In this document: positions 1-9,956 of the stretch, piece by piece
How positions within the stretch are numbered: the stretch's first letter is position 1
Layout of the letters: each line of letters starts with the position of its first letter
The notes under the pieces: generated by a model
Told to the model about the DNA's origin: nothing
Seen by the model: only the letters and a program-made list of their open reading frames with translations
The model's database searches: none
Assembly: GCA_947476215.1 (NCBI GenBank)
Contig: CANJQI010000001.1
Span: 29,260-93,259, forward strand
Origin: Betaproteobacteria bacterium
Lineage (GTDB): Bacteria; Pseudomonadota; Gammaproteobacteria; Burkholderiales; SG8-41
Length of the DNA: 64,000 bases
Reading direction: 5' to 3'
Position numbers and translations under genes: made by a program

Positions 1-792
1 GACCGCCACCGGCGCCTTGATCGCCGGATGCGGATCGTAGTTCTCAAGCGTGAAGTCTTCATACTTGAAATCAAACAGGTTCTTCACCGCAGTGCTGAGC
101 CGTATGGTCGGCAAGCTGCGAGGATTGCGTGTCAGTTGTTCACGCGCCTGTTCGAGGTGGTTTAGATACAGATGCGTATCGCCGAAGGTATGCACGAAGT
201 CACCGAGTTTCAGGCCGCATGTCTGCGCCATCATCATCGTGAGCAGAGCGTAGGACGCAATGTTGAATGGCACGCCCAGAAACAGGTCGGCACTGCGTTG
301 ATACAGCTGGCAGGAGAGTTTGCCGTCGGCGACGTAGAACTGGAAGAACGCATGGCACGGCATCAGCGCCATGCGGTCGAGATCTGCCACATTCCATGCC
401 GAGACGATCATGCGCCGGGAATCGGGATTGTTCCTGAGTTGTTCCATGACCTGGCTGATCTGATCGATATGCCGGCCGTCGGGTGCGGGCCAAGTGCGCC
501 ATTGAAAGCCGTAGACCGGGCCGAGTTCGCCTTTTGCATCCGCCCATTCGTCCCAGATTCTGACGCCATTTTCCTTAAGGTATTTGACGTTGGTCTCGCC
601 TTTCAGAAACCATAGCAGCTCGTGAATGATTGACTTGAGGTGGACTTTTTTGGTCGTCAGCAGCGGAAAGCCGGCACTGAGATCAAAGCGCAGTTGCGCG
701 CCGAAGATGCTTAGCGTGCCGGTTCCGGTGCGGTCGCACTTGCGTGCGCCGTGATTCAGAACTTGTTGCATCAATTCAAGGTACTGTTGCAT
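1..792 (-). CDS. thyA: thymidylate synthase (N-terminal part; C-terminus lies beyond window start)
   Basis: Absent from the ORF track because no stop lies inside the window. My reverse-complement translation from ATG 792-790 reads [68 protein letters not shown], the canonical ThyA N-terminus. Confidence 0.9.
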   Translation of the reverse strand, partial: MQQYLELMQQVLNHGARKCDRTGTGTLSIFGAQLRFDLSAGFPLLTTKKVHLKSIIHELLWFLKGETNVKYLKENGVRIWDEWADAKGELGPVYGFQWRTWPAPDGRHIDQISQVMEQLRNNPDSRRMIVSAWNVADLDRMALMPCHAFFQFYVADGKLSCQLYQRSADLFLGVPFNIASYALLTMMMAQTCGLKLGDFVHTFGDTHLYLNHLEQAREQLTRNPRSLPTIRLSTAVKNLFDFKYEDFTLENYDPHPAIKAPVAV

Positions 793-841
793 TTTCCCGC
801 GGGCCTGTGGAGCATTGAGTTTCGCACAACAACGCGATGAC

Positions 842-926
842 GCGCCCTCATTCCCACCCCTCTCCCCGCAGGAGAAGGGCTTGTCTTCCCTCTCCCACGG
901 GGAGAGGGGCCGAGGGTGAGGGCGCT
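842..926. repeat. GC-rich imperfect palindromic (REP-like) element, probable terminator for the upstream hydrolase gene
   Basis: GCGCCCTCA..CCCCTCTCCCCG on the left pairs with CGGGGAGAGGGG..TGAGGGCGC on the right. That is a 12-bp inner and a 9-bp outer stem around an internal loop. It lies between the hydrolase stop (939) and the thyA start (792). Confidence 0.6.
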
Positions 927-938
927 CAATAATCGATT

Positions 939-1742
939 TTATTCGATATTGACGGGATAGGGCTTTTTCAGCATCCAATTGACGATGGCGTCTACCGTTT
1001 CCGTCTCTCTGCCGAGATAGCCATGGGGCGTAAAGGCTTCGCATGGCACGGACGTCGGCGGATTGCCCCCGCTTACGCTGATCAGAGGGTAACGCTGCGA
1101 TTCCGCAAGTTGCTTCGCATCACGGTACGGTGATTCTCTGCATCCGTCATTGACGTGATGCACGACCAGCACCGGCGTGCTGATTTTTGAGAAGTCAAAT
1201 CCATCCAGTGCCGGACCGAAGCGGGCACCCCCGCGAAAAAGCGTCGAAGTGAGCGTGGCTCCCGCAATGCTGCTACCCAGTATTCGTCCAAGACTGGCGA
1301 CTGAGATCGAGCCTCGGCTGGTCCCTGCCAGGAAAACGGGGATGTTTACGTAACGTTTCCGAAGTTCGGTGACGACGGCCGCAACGTCGGTCGCGTGATT
1401 GTCACCGAGCCGGAATCGGTCGTCCATTCCCTGTGCCTGGTCCGACGGAGCGTCCATGACGGCCGCCACGACGCCGCGTTCGACGAACAGTTGGCGCGAG
1501 CGCACCAGAAAATTGCCCTCGCCAAAGCGGATGCGTCCACCTTCATTGCGCAGCCGAATGAGGCCTGAACCACCTGGAAACAGGATTGCAACTGCCTCGG
1601 GAGCGCTCTTTTCGGGGCTCGCCAACAGGAACGACTGCGTAGTTCCAGCACGTGTCGATATTGTCACAATTTCCTCGGCACGAGGTTCGAACGCAACGAA
1701 TAGCAAGGTCACCAGAGCAGCAGCAGCGAGATTCGATTGCAT
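939..1742 (-). CDS. secreted alpha/beta-hydrolase (dienelactone-hydrolase-like)
   Basis: 267-aa ORF with an N-terminal signal peptide ([24 protein letters not shown]). GxSxG nucleophile elbow (AGTSRGS) and a later VVHHVNDG His region. Confidence 0.6.
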   Translation of the reverse strand: MQSNLAAAALVTLLFVAFEPRAEEIVTISTRAGTTQSFLLASPEKSAPEAVAILFPGGSGLIRLRNEGGRIRFGEGNFLVRSRQLFVERGVVAAVMDAPSDQAQGMDDRFRLGDNHATDVAAVVTELRKRYVNIPVFLAGTSRGSISVASLGRILGSSIAGATLTSTLFRGGARFGPALDGFDFSKISTPVLVVHHVNDGCRESPYRDAKQLAESQRYPLISVSGGNPPTSVPCEAFTPHGYLGRETETVDAIVNWMLKKPYPVNIE

Positions 1743-1820
1743 TCGCGGTTCCGAAGGAACGTGATGGAACCATTATAATCCCAGGATAATTTGTTTCCGC
1801 TCGCCACTAAAAGGATAAAC

Positions 1821-3278
1821 ATGCTCGCCAGGCTGCAGCAACATGCGGATGTTCCGCCGCTCGCAAATCTGCGAAAACACTCGCATATCCTGTTTGTTCT
1901 TCCGCAGGCCAGCCACATATCAAGTCAGTGCCCGGCGCGCGAGATCATCGAGTCCCTGCTCAAAAGACGCGGCATGATCGCGGCTGAACTCGGCAAGACA
2001 CCTTTGGCGGGCACGCTCGCGCATGGCGCATTAGCGGCGTGGGCAATGCTTGATGCTGCGAAACCGACCTACGATTCGCACGCGACTCTGCGAAGTGCGT
2101 TGCAGTTGTTGCTGTCCGAAAAACCCTCATCGATTGCAATCGTCGTGCTCGGAACTGCCGCTGAACGCAAGCATGCCGCCGGGTTGGCGGCCTATTGCGC
2201 CTGGGTTAACGGCGCTGCACTGCCTGTTCGCAAAAAGAAAGATGACAGGAAGCCTTTGATTACAATAGATTTATTTGGCCATGTGGAGCAGGGTGGGCTG
2301 GATGCGCTGCGTGCGCGCTCCGAAGGCAACACCTTGTGTCGTGAGTTGACTGTATTGCCACCAAATGAATTGACCCCCGCCACGTACCGCGGACGCATCA
2401 AAGCCCTGGCAAAGCAGTGTCGGTGGCGCCATGAAGAATATGACTTGCGGAAACTCAGGCGCATGGGCGCGGGAGCGTTTTGCGCCGTCGCTCAGGGCAG
2501 CGCCACCAAGGATGCAGCGATCGTGCATCTGCGCTACTCGCCGTCAGGCGCGAAACGCAGGATCGCGCTGGTCGGCAAGGGCATATGTTTTGACACCGGC
2601 GGGCACAACCTCAAGCCGGCACGCTATATGCACGGCATGCACGAAGACATGAACGGCTCCGCGGTCGCGCTCGGAATATTACTGGCGGTGACACGCATGA
2701 AGCTGCCCGTCGCCATCGAGTGCTGGATGGCGCTGGCGCAGAATCACATCAGTCCCGCCGCGTACAAGCAGAATGAAGTCGTCACTGCGCTTAACGGCAC
2801 TACGATAGAAATTGCCCACACCGACGCAGAGGGCCGCATGGTGCTGGCCGATACGCTGACTTTGGCGGCGCGCGGCAAACCCGATTTGATCGTGGACTTC
2901 GCCACGCTGACGGGCAGCATGCATGTTGCACTGGGCACGCGCTACAGCGGCGTGTTCGCAACGACCGATGAACTGGCGGCGCGGGCGGTCGCCGCAGGCA
3001 GGATTTCCGGCGAACGCATATGCGCGTTTCCAATGGACGACGACTACGACTCGGCACTCGACAGCAAGATTGCGGATGTCATGCAGTGTACCCTCGACGG
3101 CGATGCGGACCATATTCTGGCGGCGCGCTTTCTCAGGCGTTTTGTCGGCGACATTCCATGGATACACGTCGACTTGTCGGGCAGCAGTTGCAAGGGGGGA
3201 TTGGGCGCGGTCAATTCGGATGTCACCGGATTCGGCGTAGGCTGGGGCACGGAGTTCGTCCGGACATTTATGAAGTGA
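1821..3278 (+). CDS. M17 leucyl aminopeptidase family protein
   Basis: M17 catalytic motifs LVGKGICFDTGGHNLKP and HTDAEGRMVLADTL. ORF opens at 1791, but the ATG at 1821 follows AAAGGA and is the more likely start. Confidence 0.85.
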   Translation: MLARLQQHADVPPLANLRKHSHILFVLPQASHISSQCPAREIIESLLKRRGMIAAELGKTPLAGTLAHGALAAWAMLDAAKPTYDSHATLRSALQLLLSEKPSSIAIVVLGTAAERKHAAGLAAYCAWVNGAALPVRKKKDDRKPLITIDLFGHVEQGGLDALRARSEGNTLCRELTVLPPNELTPATYRGRIKALAKQCRWRHEEYDLRKLRRMGAGAFCAVAQGSATKDAAIVHLRYSPSGAKRRIALVGKGICFDTGGHNLKPARYMHGMHEDMNGSAVALGILLAVTRMKLPVAIECWMALAQNHISPAAYKQNEVVTALNGTTIEIAHTDAEGRMVLADTLTLAARGKPDLIVDFATLTGSMHVALGTRYSGVFATTDELAARAVAAGRISGERICAFPMDDDYDSALDSKIADVMQCTLDGDADHILAARFLRRFVGDIPWIHVDLSGSSCKGGLGAVNSDVTGFGVGWGTEFVRTFMK

Positions 3279-3296
3279 GCATGTAGGGACGCCCGA

Positions 3297-5180
3297 ATGT
3301 CCGAGTCCAGCCAGTTTGCGCTACTGCGCGAGCGCCGCTTCCTGCCGTTTTTCTGCGCCCAGTTTCTGGGCGCGTTCAACGACAACGTCTACAAGAATGC
3401 GCTGGTCACCTTGCTGGCGTTTCAAGTTACATCGGCGGCCGTCGCCGATTCCGGCACGTTGATAGTCCTGAGCGGAGCGTTGTTTATATTGCCGTTCTTT
3501 CTTTTCTCGGCGACTGCCGGTCAGCTTGCCGACAAATATGAAAAATCGCGGTTTATCCAGTATGTAAAACTGCTCGAGATCTTGATCATGATCATAGGGT
3601 CAGTCGGTTTTGTTACGCACCATCTTGCGTTGCTGCTCGTCGCTCTGTTCCTGATGGGATTGCATTCGACGCTGTTCGGGCCGCTCAAGTACGCGATTCT
3701 TCCCCAGCATCTGGCCAAACACGAACTGGTGGGCGGCAATGCGCTGGTCGACACCGGCACCTTTATTGCCATTCTGGTTGGAACCATAATCGGAATTGTG
3801 CTGATCAGTTCCGGCAACGCCGGTATTGCCCTGGTGTGCGCCGGAACCATCGGTATCGCAGTGCTGGGTTGGTTGGCGAGTCGCGCAATTCCGCATTCTC
3901 CGGCGCCCGTGCCGGACCTCCACATCAACTGGAATCCTTTTACCGAAACAATGCGCAATCTGGCATTTCTGAAGACCAATCGCACGGTCTTTCTGTCGGT
4001 GCTCGGGATTTCCTGGTTCTGGTTCTTCGGCGCCACATTCCTATCGCAGTTTCCGCTGTACGCGCGCGACTATCTGGGCGGCGATGAAAAGCTTTACATG
4101 CTGTTGCTGGGCATATTTTCGATTGGCATCGGCGCCGGCTCGCTGCTGTGCGAGAAACTGTCGGGGCACAAGATCGAAATAGGTCTGGTGCCGTTCGGAT
4201 CCATAGGCTTGACGGTGTTCGCGTTTGACCTGTATTTTGCGACGCCTGCGGCAGGCGCCACCGCGCACGGCGTGGTCGCGTTTGCCACCGACCCCGCGCA
4301 TTGGCGGCTGCTCGCCGACCTGCTGCTGATAGGCATATTCGGCGGTTTCTACATAGTCCCGCTTTATGCGCTGATACAAAGCCGCAGCGAGCCGACGCAT
4401 CAATCGAGAATCATCGCCGGCAACAACATACTCAATGCGCTGTTCATGGTGGCTTCCGCCCTGCTCAGCATCGCGATGTTCAAGGCCGGCTTTACGATAC
4501 CGGACTTGTTTCTGGCGACTGCGCTGCTCAATGCGCTGGTCGCAGTTTATATTTATACACTGGTGCCGGAATTTCTGATGCGGTTTCTGGTGTGGCTGCT
4601 GATCCACTCCATCTACCGGCTCGACAAGAGCGGGCTCGAAAAAATTCCGGAGCACGGGCCCGCGGTGCTGGTATGCAATCACGTGAGCTTTGTCGACGCG
4701 CTGATCATCGCCGCGGCGTGCCGCCGGCCCATCCGGTTCGTGATGGACCACAACATATTCCGCGTGCCCTTGCTCAACTTCATTTTTCGAACCAGCAAGA
4801 CGATCCCGATTGCGTCGGCAAGGGAAAACCCGAAACTGCTGGAGCAAGCCTATGACGATATCGCGGCGGCACTGAGCAACGGCGATCTGGTTGGAATTTT
4901 TCCAGAAGGCCGCATCACGGATACCGGCGAGCTGTATCCGTTTCGCGCCGGCATCAGTCGCATCGTGGCGCGTACGCCGGTGCCGGTGATGCCGATGGCG
5001 CTGCGCGGATTGTGGGGCAGCTTTTTCAGCCGCAAGGACGGTCGCGCGATGTCGCGGCCTTTGCGGCTGGCGCCATTCAAGAATATAGGACTCACGGTCG
5101 GCGATCCGGTTACGCCGGCGCAGGTCACACCAGACTATCTGCAGTCTATCGTGCTGGCCATGCGTGGCGATCGGAGATAG
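3297..5180 (+). CDS. MFS (LplT-like lysophospholipid transporter) fused to a PlsC-type acyltransferase domain
   Basis: 627 aa. The N-terminal ~400 aa are multi-TM MFS. The C-terminal domain has the HX4D acyltransferase motif NHVSFVDALII and FPEGRIT. Confidence 0.8.
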   Translation: MSESSQFALLRERRFLPFFCAQFLGAFNDNVYKNALVTLLAFQVTSAAVADSGTLIVLSGALFILPFFLFSATAGQLADKYEKSRFIQYVKLLEILIMIIGSVGFVTHHLALLLVALFLMGLHSTLFGPLKYAILPQHLAKHELVGGNALVDTGTFIAILVGTIIGIVLISSGNAGIALVCAGTIGIAVLGWLASRAIPHSPAPVPDLHINWNPFTETMRNLAFLKTNRTVFLSVLGISWFWFFGATFLSQFPLYARDYLGGDEKLYMLLLGIFSIGIGAGSLLCEKLSGHKIEIGLVPFGSIGLTVFAFDLYFATPAAGATAHGVVAFATDPAHWRLLADLLLIGIFGGFYIVPLYALIQSRSEPTHQSRIIAGNNILNALFMVASALLSIAMFKAGFTIPDLFLATALLNALVAVYIYTLVPEFLMRFLVWLLIHSIYRLDKSGLEKIPEHGPAVLVCNHVSFVDALIIAAACRRPIRFVMDHNIFRVPLLNFIFRTSKTIPIASARENPKLLEQAYDDIAAALSNGDLVGIFPEGRITDTGELYPFRAGISRIVARTPVPVMPMALRGLWGSFFSRKDGRAMSRPLRLAPFKNIGLTVGDPVTPAQVTPDYLQSIVLAMRGDRR

Positions 5181-5309
5181 CCTCGCCGCGGGTGCCCCAT
5201 TGCACCGCATGGTGTTTGATAAATTTGCACCACAAAGTCATTCAAGCTCAAAAAGTGACCCGGAACAGTGTCAAAATGCGGGTCCGCTCCACTAAATGGC
5301 ATCCGTACC

Positions 5310-7946
5310 ATGTTTACAAACCCGTTCAGAAAAGACATGACCAACCAAACTGGGGCGATCAATGACGATAACCCGCAGCTAAAAGCAGCACCATCGGATC
5401 CAGGAGTTCAGGTTGATGATGCGCAAGTCTGGACCGATAAGATACGTGCTGCCGCATTCGACGATGTAGTGTTGCTACAGCTCGCTCATCAGGCGCCGAC
5501 CGTCGAATTGAAACTGGCGGCACTCAATGCCCTGACGCATGAAAGCGCGCTCAAGCAGGCCATGCGCGAGTTTCGCGATCACGATAAGCGTTTGCATCGT
5601 CTGGCGCGTACGCGCTGGTTGGCAGCCAGCAATAAACGCATCGCCCTTGCCGAGGCCGGTGCATTGCTAGCAAATGCACGTGCGTTGCTCGAACAGGAAT
5701 CCGTTTCCGCGAACCGTATCGTCGAACTCGACCGTGCATGGGCGGCGCTGGATTCCGAACTGCTGGATGCGGCATTACCCACTGAGTTCGTCGCGCTGCG
5801 CGAGCAATTGGCTGCGAAGGCACGCGCGCATGGCGAGGGCGAACAGGCCATTGTCCGGTGGCTCGCCACATCAGACGCTGCCATTGCGCAATTGCAGGCG
5901 AGCCTGCCGGGTGTCGCGCAGGGTGACGCGCTGCCAGCTACGGTTTCGGCGCTCGCTGCAAACTTGTTGGGATTGATAGGTGACGTACCTGATGCGCTGG
6001 ACATGCGCTGCAATAGCAAATCTGACACCGCCAACCGGACGCTGGCGCTTGCGTCCAGTGTCGTGCAGCGTGCGGAATTCCTGCAGTTGTTGCCTGCTTC
6101 GGGAACGATCGACGAAACAGACGAAAAGCTCAAAATCGAGCAGTGGCGGGCGTTTCCGGAAGTATTTGACAAGGATTTGCAAGCAGTACTTGCGCGGCGC
6201 TTTGCGGATTGGCGCAACGCGGGAAGCGACGAACGGCAGCGCGAGCATGAAGTGCGTCGCGCCAAGGAACAGGAGACAGGCACGGAGGAGAGAAAGCTGC
6301 GGCTGGATGCATTGCGCGGAGACGTCGAATCGGCGGAGGCGGCGCAGGCGGCCGGAAGCACCGCCGATCTGACGCGCCTGATGGCGCAGATTGAACGCGT
6401 TCTTAAATCGGGGGCGGCAAACACGACACTGATGCGGCGTATTGATGCGCTGCGGCAGGAACAGAAGCGGCTGCGCGACTGGCAACGCTGGAGCGGCAAA
6501 CAGGGGCGCGAGCAACTGGTCGCGGAAGCGCAGGCGCTGTCCGCCGCCGCAGCCGGCAAGGTGGCTGTCAAAACGCACGGCGAAGCCATCGATAAACTGC
6601 GGGATCGATGGAAGGAACTGGACAAGCTGGGCGGTGCCACCAACCAGACGCTGTGGCTTGCCTTTGATGGCGCATTGAAAGCGGCGTATGCGCCGGTTGC
6701 GGCGCATCTCGATAAACTCAAGGCGGCACGCAACGAGAATCTCGCGGCACGCGAGAAGATCGTTGAAGAATTGACGCAGGCGGCGGCCAGGCTGTTACCG
6801 GTTGCGATTGAATGCGCTGCTCCCGCGCCTGGCAGTCCGGACCTGCGCGCGCTCGCGCGCGCGATCGAAGACGCGCAGGTGGCGTGGCGGAAATTGGGGC
6901 CTGTTGAGCATACCGTTCCACGTAAGGCGCAAAAGGGCGAGAACGCGATTACGACACGCTATGCGCGAGCCATGCAGGTGCTGGAAACTCCGCTTGCGGA
7001 CGCGTATCGGTCTGCCACGCTGGAGCGTGAACAGCTTATTGCCGCGGCGAAGGGGCTCGCCGGCGTCGACGCGATGGCGCGCGATGCTCTCGACAAGGTG
7101 CGGGCATTGCAATCGCGTTGGCAGGCCAATGCCAAATCCCTTGCACTGCCGCGTCGCGACGAGAACCGTTTGTGGGCGGAATTCAAAACGGCCACCGACG
7201 CAATATTTGTCGCGCGCGATGCGGCGCGCGCCGCCAGGGAAGCCGAATTCAGCGCAAAGTTCAAGGAGCGCGAGGATATTATCGGGCCGCTGGCTACACT
7301 GACGCCGGCATCAAAGGGACCCGATATCAAACGTGCGATGGCCGAAGCGGAGACGGCCTGGCGCGCCGCCGCCGAAGTTCCCAAGCCGCAGGCAGTAAAG
7401 CTGGAGGCGCGCTATCGCGCCGCGCGTGACAGCGCCGGCAAGCTGCTCGCCCAACTCGCCGCGAATGTGGCGCAGGCTCGTTATGACGCGCTGATCGCCA
7501 AGATGGAGCTTTGCCAGGAACGCGAGCTCGCTGCGGATGCAGGCGCCGGACTCGATGCGGAAAATGCAGCCGAGCTTGAGGCACGCTGGAGCGCGGTCGA
7601 AAATTTCCCGGACGTATGGAAGTCTGCATTGGACGGGAGGTTCCGCGGGCCAGCCTCTGTCCAGGCGGACATGAAACCGCTCTCAGGATCGGCTGACAGT
7701 TTGGCCGACTTGCTGCTGAAACTTGAGGTTGCGTGCGGCCTTGAGAGTCCGGGTGAATTTTCAGCGGCGCGTCAGGCTCTAAAACTGCGTGCTCTCAAGC
7801 AGGCGATGGAAGGACGCCAGGCGACGGTCACCACGCCCGCGGATATTGAACGCTGGCTGCTCTCGGCGGCGGCTGTTCCACGCCCTGATGATGGTTCGCG
7901 AGTCCGGCTGCTGAAGATTATATCGGCTGTGCGGGTGCGTCGATAG
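5310..7946 (+). CDS. DUF349 repeat protein
   Basis: Long Ala/Glu/Arg-rich helical protein with about 5 repeats of the DUF349 type: W(R/K)xLG...LWxxF...A.D.F. Examples are RWKELDKLGGATNQTLWLAFDGALKAA and RLWAEFKTATDAIFVARDAA. ORF opens at 5268; MFTNPF at 5310 is a plausible start. Confidence 0.7.
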   Translation: MFTNPFRKDMTNQTGAINDDNPQLKAAPSDPGVQVDDAQVWTDKIRAAAFDDVVLLQLAHQAPTVELKLAALNALTHESALKQAMREFRDHDKRLHRLARTRWLAASNKRIALAEAGALLANARALLEQESVSANRIVELDRAWAALDSELLDAALPTEFVALREQLAAKARAHGEGEQAIVRWLATSDAAIAQLQASLPGVAQGDALPATVSALAANLLGLIGDVPDALDMRCNSKSDTANRTLALASSVVQRAEFLQLLPASGTIDETDEKLKIEQWRAFPEVFDKDLQAVLARRFADWRNAGSDERQREHEVRRAKEQETGTEERKLRLDALRGDVESAEAAQAAGSTADLTRLMAQIERVLKSGAANTTLMRRIDALRQEQKRLRDWQRWSGKQGREQLVAEAQALSAAAAGKVAVKTHGEAIDKLRDRWKELDKLGGATNQTLWLAFDGALKAAYAPVAAHLDKLKAARNENLAAREKIVEELTQAAARLLPVAIECAAPAPGSPDLRALARAIEDAQVAWRKLGPVEHTVPRKAQKGENAITTRYARAMQVLETPLADAYRSATLEREQLIAAAKGLAGVDAMARDALDKVRALQSRWQANAKSLALPRRDENRLWAEFKTATDAIFVARDAARAAREAEFSAKFKEREDIIGPLATLTPASKGPDIKRAMAEAETAWRAAAEVPKPQAVKLEARYRAARDSAGKLLAQLAANVAQARYDALIAKMELCQERELAADAGAGLDAENAAELEARWSAVENFPDVWKSALDGRFRGPASVQADMKPLSGSADSLADLLLKLEVACGLESPGEFSAARQALKLRALKQAMEGRQATVTTPADIERWLLSAAAVPRPDDGSRVRLLKIISAVRVRR

Positions 7947-8248
7947 AACAGTGGGTCAGAACCTCGGTAGCATCACATCAATGGCGTAGTCAGAAGATCG
8001 AGCGCCAAACAAGTGCCAGTCGCGTGCGCCAGCCACCAGGCGGGACTGCCGGCGTGGTCTCGTCACCGGGAACTATCTGCGTGTGCTCGAGATTCGGTGT
8101 GATGTTGTTATTGTTACCATCGTCGTGTGGTACGTTCCCGGCTGGGGCGATCACGCGTTCAGTCTGTGTGTCGGGCGCCGTGCACAACGCAGTCATACCT
8201 TTGATCATCGTGGTCCTTGACGCGGAGAGTCTCGCGGCCGCAATGTAA

Positions 8249-8815
8249 GTACCGGCTGCTGCCACCGAGTGCGTCAAGAGTTTCCGGTTGTCTCCCAGAC
8301 CCACTGCCGGTAGTCTGTTGAGCATCTGCGCCAATCTGGGATGGTCATTGGTTGCCAGCCAGACGCCCGGAATGTCGGCCCCCCAGTTCCAGCGGCAACT
8401 CGGATTGCCGCGTTACGAGACTGCTTTCCAGATTCTTCACAAACTGCGGGCCGGCATGGTGCGCCCCGACCAGGATCGGATTGGTGGTAACCACGGAGAG
8501 CACGTCGCGGCCGATGAAACCTACGGCGGCGGCCGCACTCGCGGCAAGGCCCGAGGCGGGCACGACATGGCGCTTGTCGCCGGTGCCGTCGAGCTTAAAC
8601 AGCGCAAGCCCGGTGGCAGCCTCAACAAGCGGAGGACTGGACGCTACGCCGGACGTGTTCGGCTTGCGGTGGAGCCAGACCGAAGTGCCAAATCGTTGTG
8701 TGGCTTCATCGAGCGGACCGTTAAACCCGGCGCTGCCATCATCACCGATGACTGGAGCGGTTACGCGAAGCTGGGCATACGCGGTTATTGCCATACTGCC
8801 GTCGCGGAACGGGGT
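8249..8815 (+). mobile_element. IS1595-family (ISXO2-like) transposase remnant, truncated at both ends
   Basis: Translation ...GMSAPQFQRQLGLPRYETAFQILHKLRAGMVRP...AADETYGGGRTRGKARGG...GRVRLAVEPDRSAKSLCGFIERTVKPGAAIITDDWSGYAKLG..GYCHTAV matches the central HTH and DDE region of IS1595 transposases. No N-terminal zinc ribbon, an in-frame stop at 8246, and no C-terminal part. Confidence 0.7.
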
Positions 8816-9216
8816 GACACGCCCAGTCATGACGACCGCCGGTGCCAGTTGCATGGGGCCGTCGGCCATCAACGTTTGCGCGAGGGTGGCGCCGTCCACA
8901 TATTCGAACACACGACATAGGGACAGCCTTCGTGCATGCCGGCTTTAAACACGGGGACGATGTTGGGATGGCTCAAGGCGCTGGCGGTACTCGCGGTCTC
9001 GATCAGCTGTTCTGCCAGGTTCTTGTCGGATGCGTCGCCCAGTAACAGCGTTTTGATGGCTACGTCGCGGTCGAGTTTTGGGTCTCTGGCCAGGTAGACG
9101 ATGCCTTCGCCGCCGCGACCCAGTTGTCTGACGACGCGAAATCTGCCGATAGACTCCGCATGGCTGGCGGATTGAGCGGTCGACTGCGCGTGGTCGGCGG
9201 GTTGATCGGATGGCAT
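8806..9216 (-). pseudogene. Ser/Thr protein kinase, N-lobe only, frameshifted and truncated
   Basis: FRVVRQLGRGGEGIVYLARDPKLDRDVAIK...HPNIVPVFKAGMHEGCPYVV in ORF 8869..9321 continues as FEYVDGATLAQTLMADGPM in a different frame (ORF 8345..8911). Kinase similarity then stops where the antisense IS remnant begins. Confidence 0.7.
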
Positions 9217-9452
9217 CGTGTGGGTGAGCCGACAATGGGCTACGCGATTGTTACGGCTGCGTTGGTGGGTAACTTGAGTCGGACGGCAAGCGGGTTCTCC
9301 TTCCGCGATGGCCGCCCACAACCGACTTTGTTCAACGCTCTATCATCAGTATTGCGCGGTGACGGCCTTGGCCGTTTTGGGATGCGTGCTGCGCCGACTA
9401 TCGGGCATGCGAGGAGTTTCTAAAAAAAATATTTTACATCGACTTACGAATA

Positions 9453-9956
9453 TTATTCGATACTGATCCAGCGCAGCGCGAGCATCGCGGCAATACCCAC
9501 CAGGGGTGGAATCATGATGGAGCTGGCAAGGCGCAGCAGGATAAATCTGCCGCCCATCATGGGTAGTTCGAAGTTGAGCGTGCGATGTACCGCATAAACC
9601 GACCACGCGGTGAGCAGGGCCATCATTTGCGGCGCACCGACGCCGGCCTTGAATAGCGCTACCGCGATCGGGAATGACAGAAAAGGGCCACCGGGCAGCA
9701 ATGCGCCGGCCACGGAAGCGATCATGATGCCCGCGATACCGGATTCCGCACCGATGGAATCTCGCATCAGCTCCGGCGGCAGAAGTTCCACCAGAAATGT
9801 CGTTGCCAGTACGGCGAGCGGTATGCGCAATAGCAGCATACGGCCCTGGTCCGCGCTGGCGCGGACGGCCAGCCCCAGCGTCGCTTTTGATCGGCGCAAC
9901 GCAATTATCCCGAGAATCAGCACGAGACTCCAGATGATGATCAGGGATTCAATCAT
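9453..9956 (-). CDS. permease family protein, second half of a split pair
   Basis: Real start is MIESLIIIWSLVL, with ATG 9956-9954 overlapping the upstream stop as ATGA. Multi-TM, with an ALLPGGPFLSFP motif paralogous to the upstream gene. Confidence 0.6.
   Translation of the reverse strand: MIESLIIIWSLVLILGIIALRRSKATLGLAVRASADQGRMLLLRIPLAVLATTFLVELLPPELMRDSIGAESGIAGIMIASVAGALLPGGPFLSFPIAVALFKAGVGAPQMMALLTAWSVYAVHRTLNFELPMMGGRFILLRLASSIMIPPLVGIAAMLALRWISIE

Noticed and set aside
4041-5210. 389-aa minus-strand ORF
   Set aside because: Antisense to the MFS-acyltransferase gene, with an Arg/Gln/His-rich, non-membrane, domain-free translation.
5579-6733. 384-aa (and overlapping 278-aa) minus-strand ORFs
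   Set aside because: Antisense to the DUF349 gene. Ser/Ala/Arg low-complexity translation, whereas the plus strand has the repeat architecture.
7990-8334. 114-aa minus-strand ORF ending …LALVWRSIF (outer-membrane-barrel-like C-terminus)
   Set aside because: Too short and too weakly patterned to call as a gene. It is mentioned only as a possible gene fragment in the decayed patch.
8345-8948. 188-aa minus-strand and 198-aa plus-strand ORFs overlapping the transposase remnant
   Set aside because: Only the first ~25 aa of the minus ORF (FEYVDGATLAQTLMADGPM) is meaningful, as kinase continuation. The rest is antisense or alternative-frame read-through of the IS1595-like sequence.
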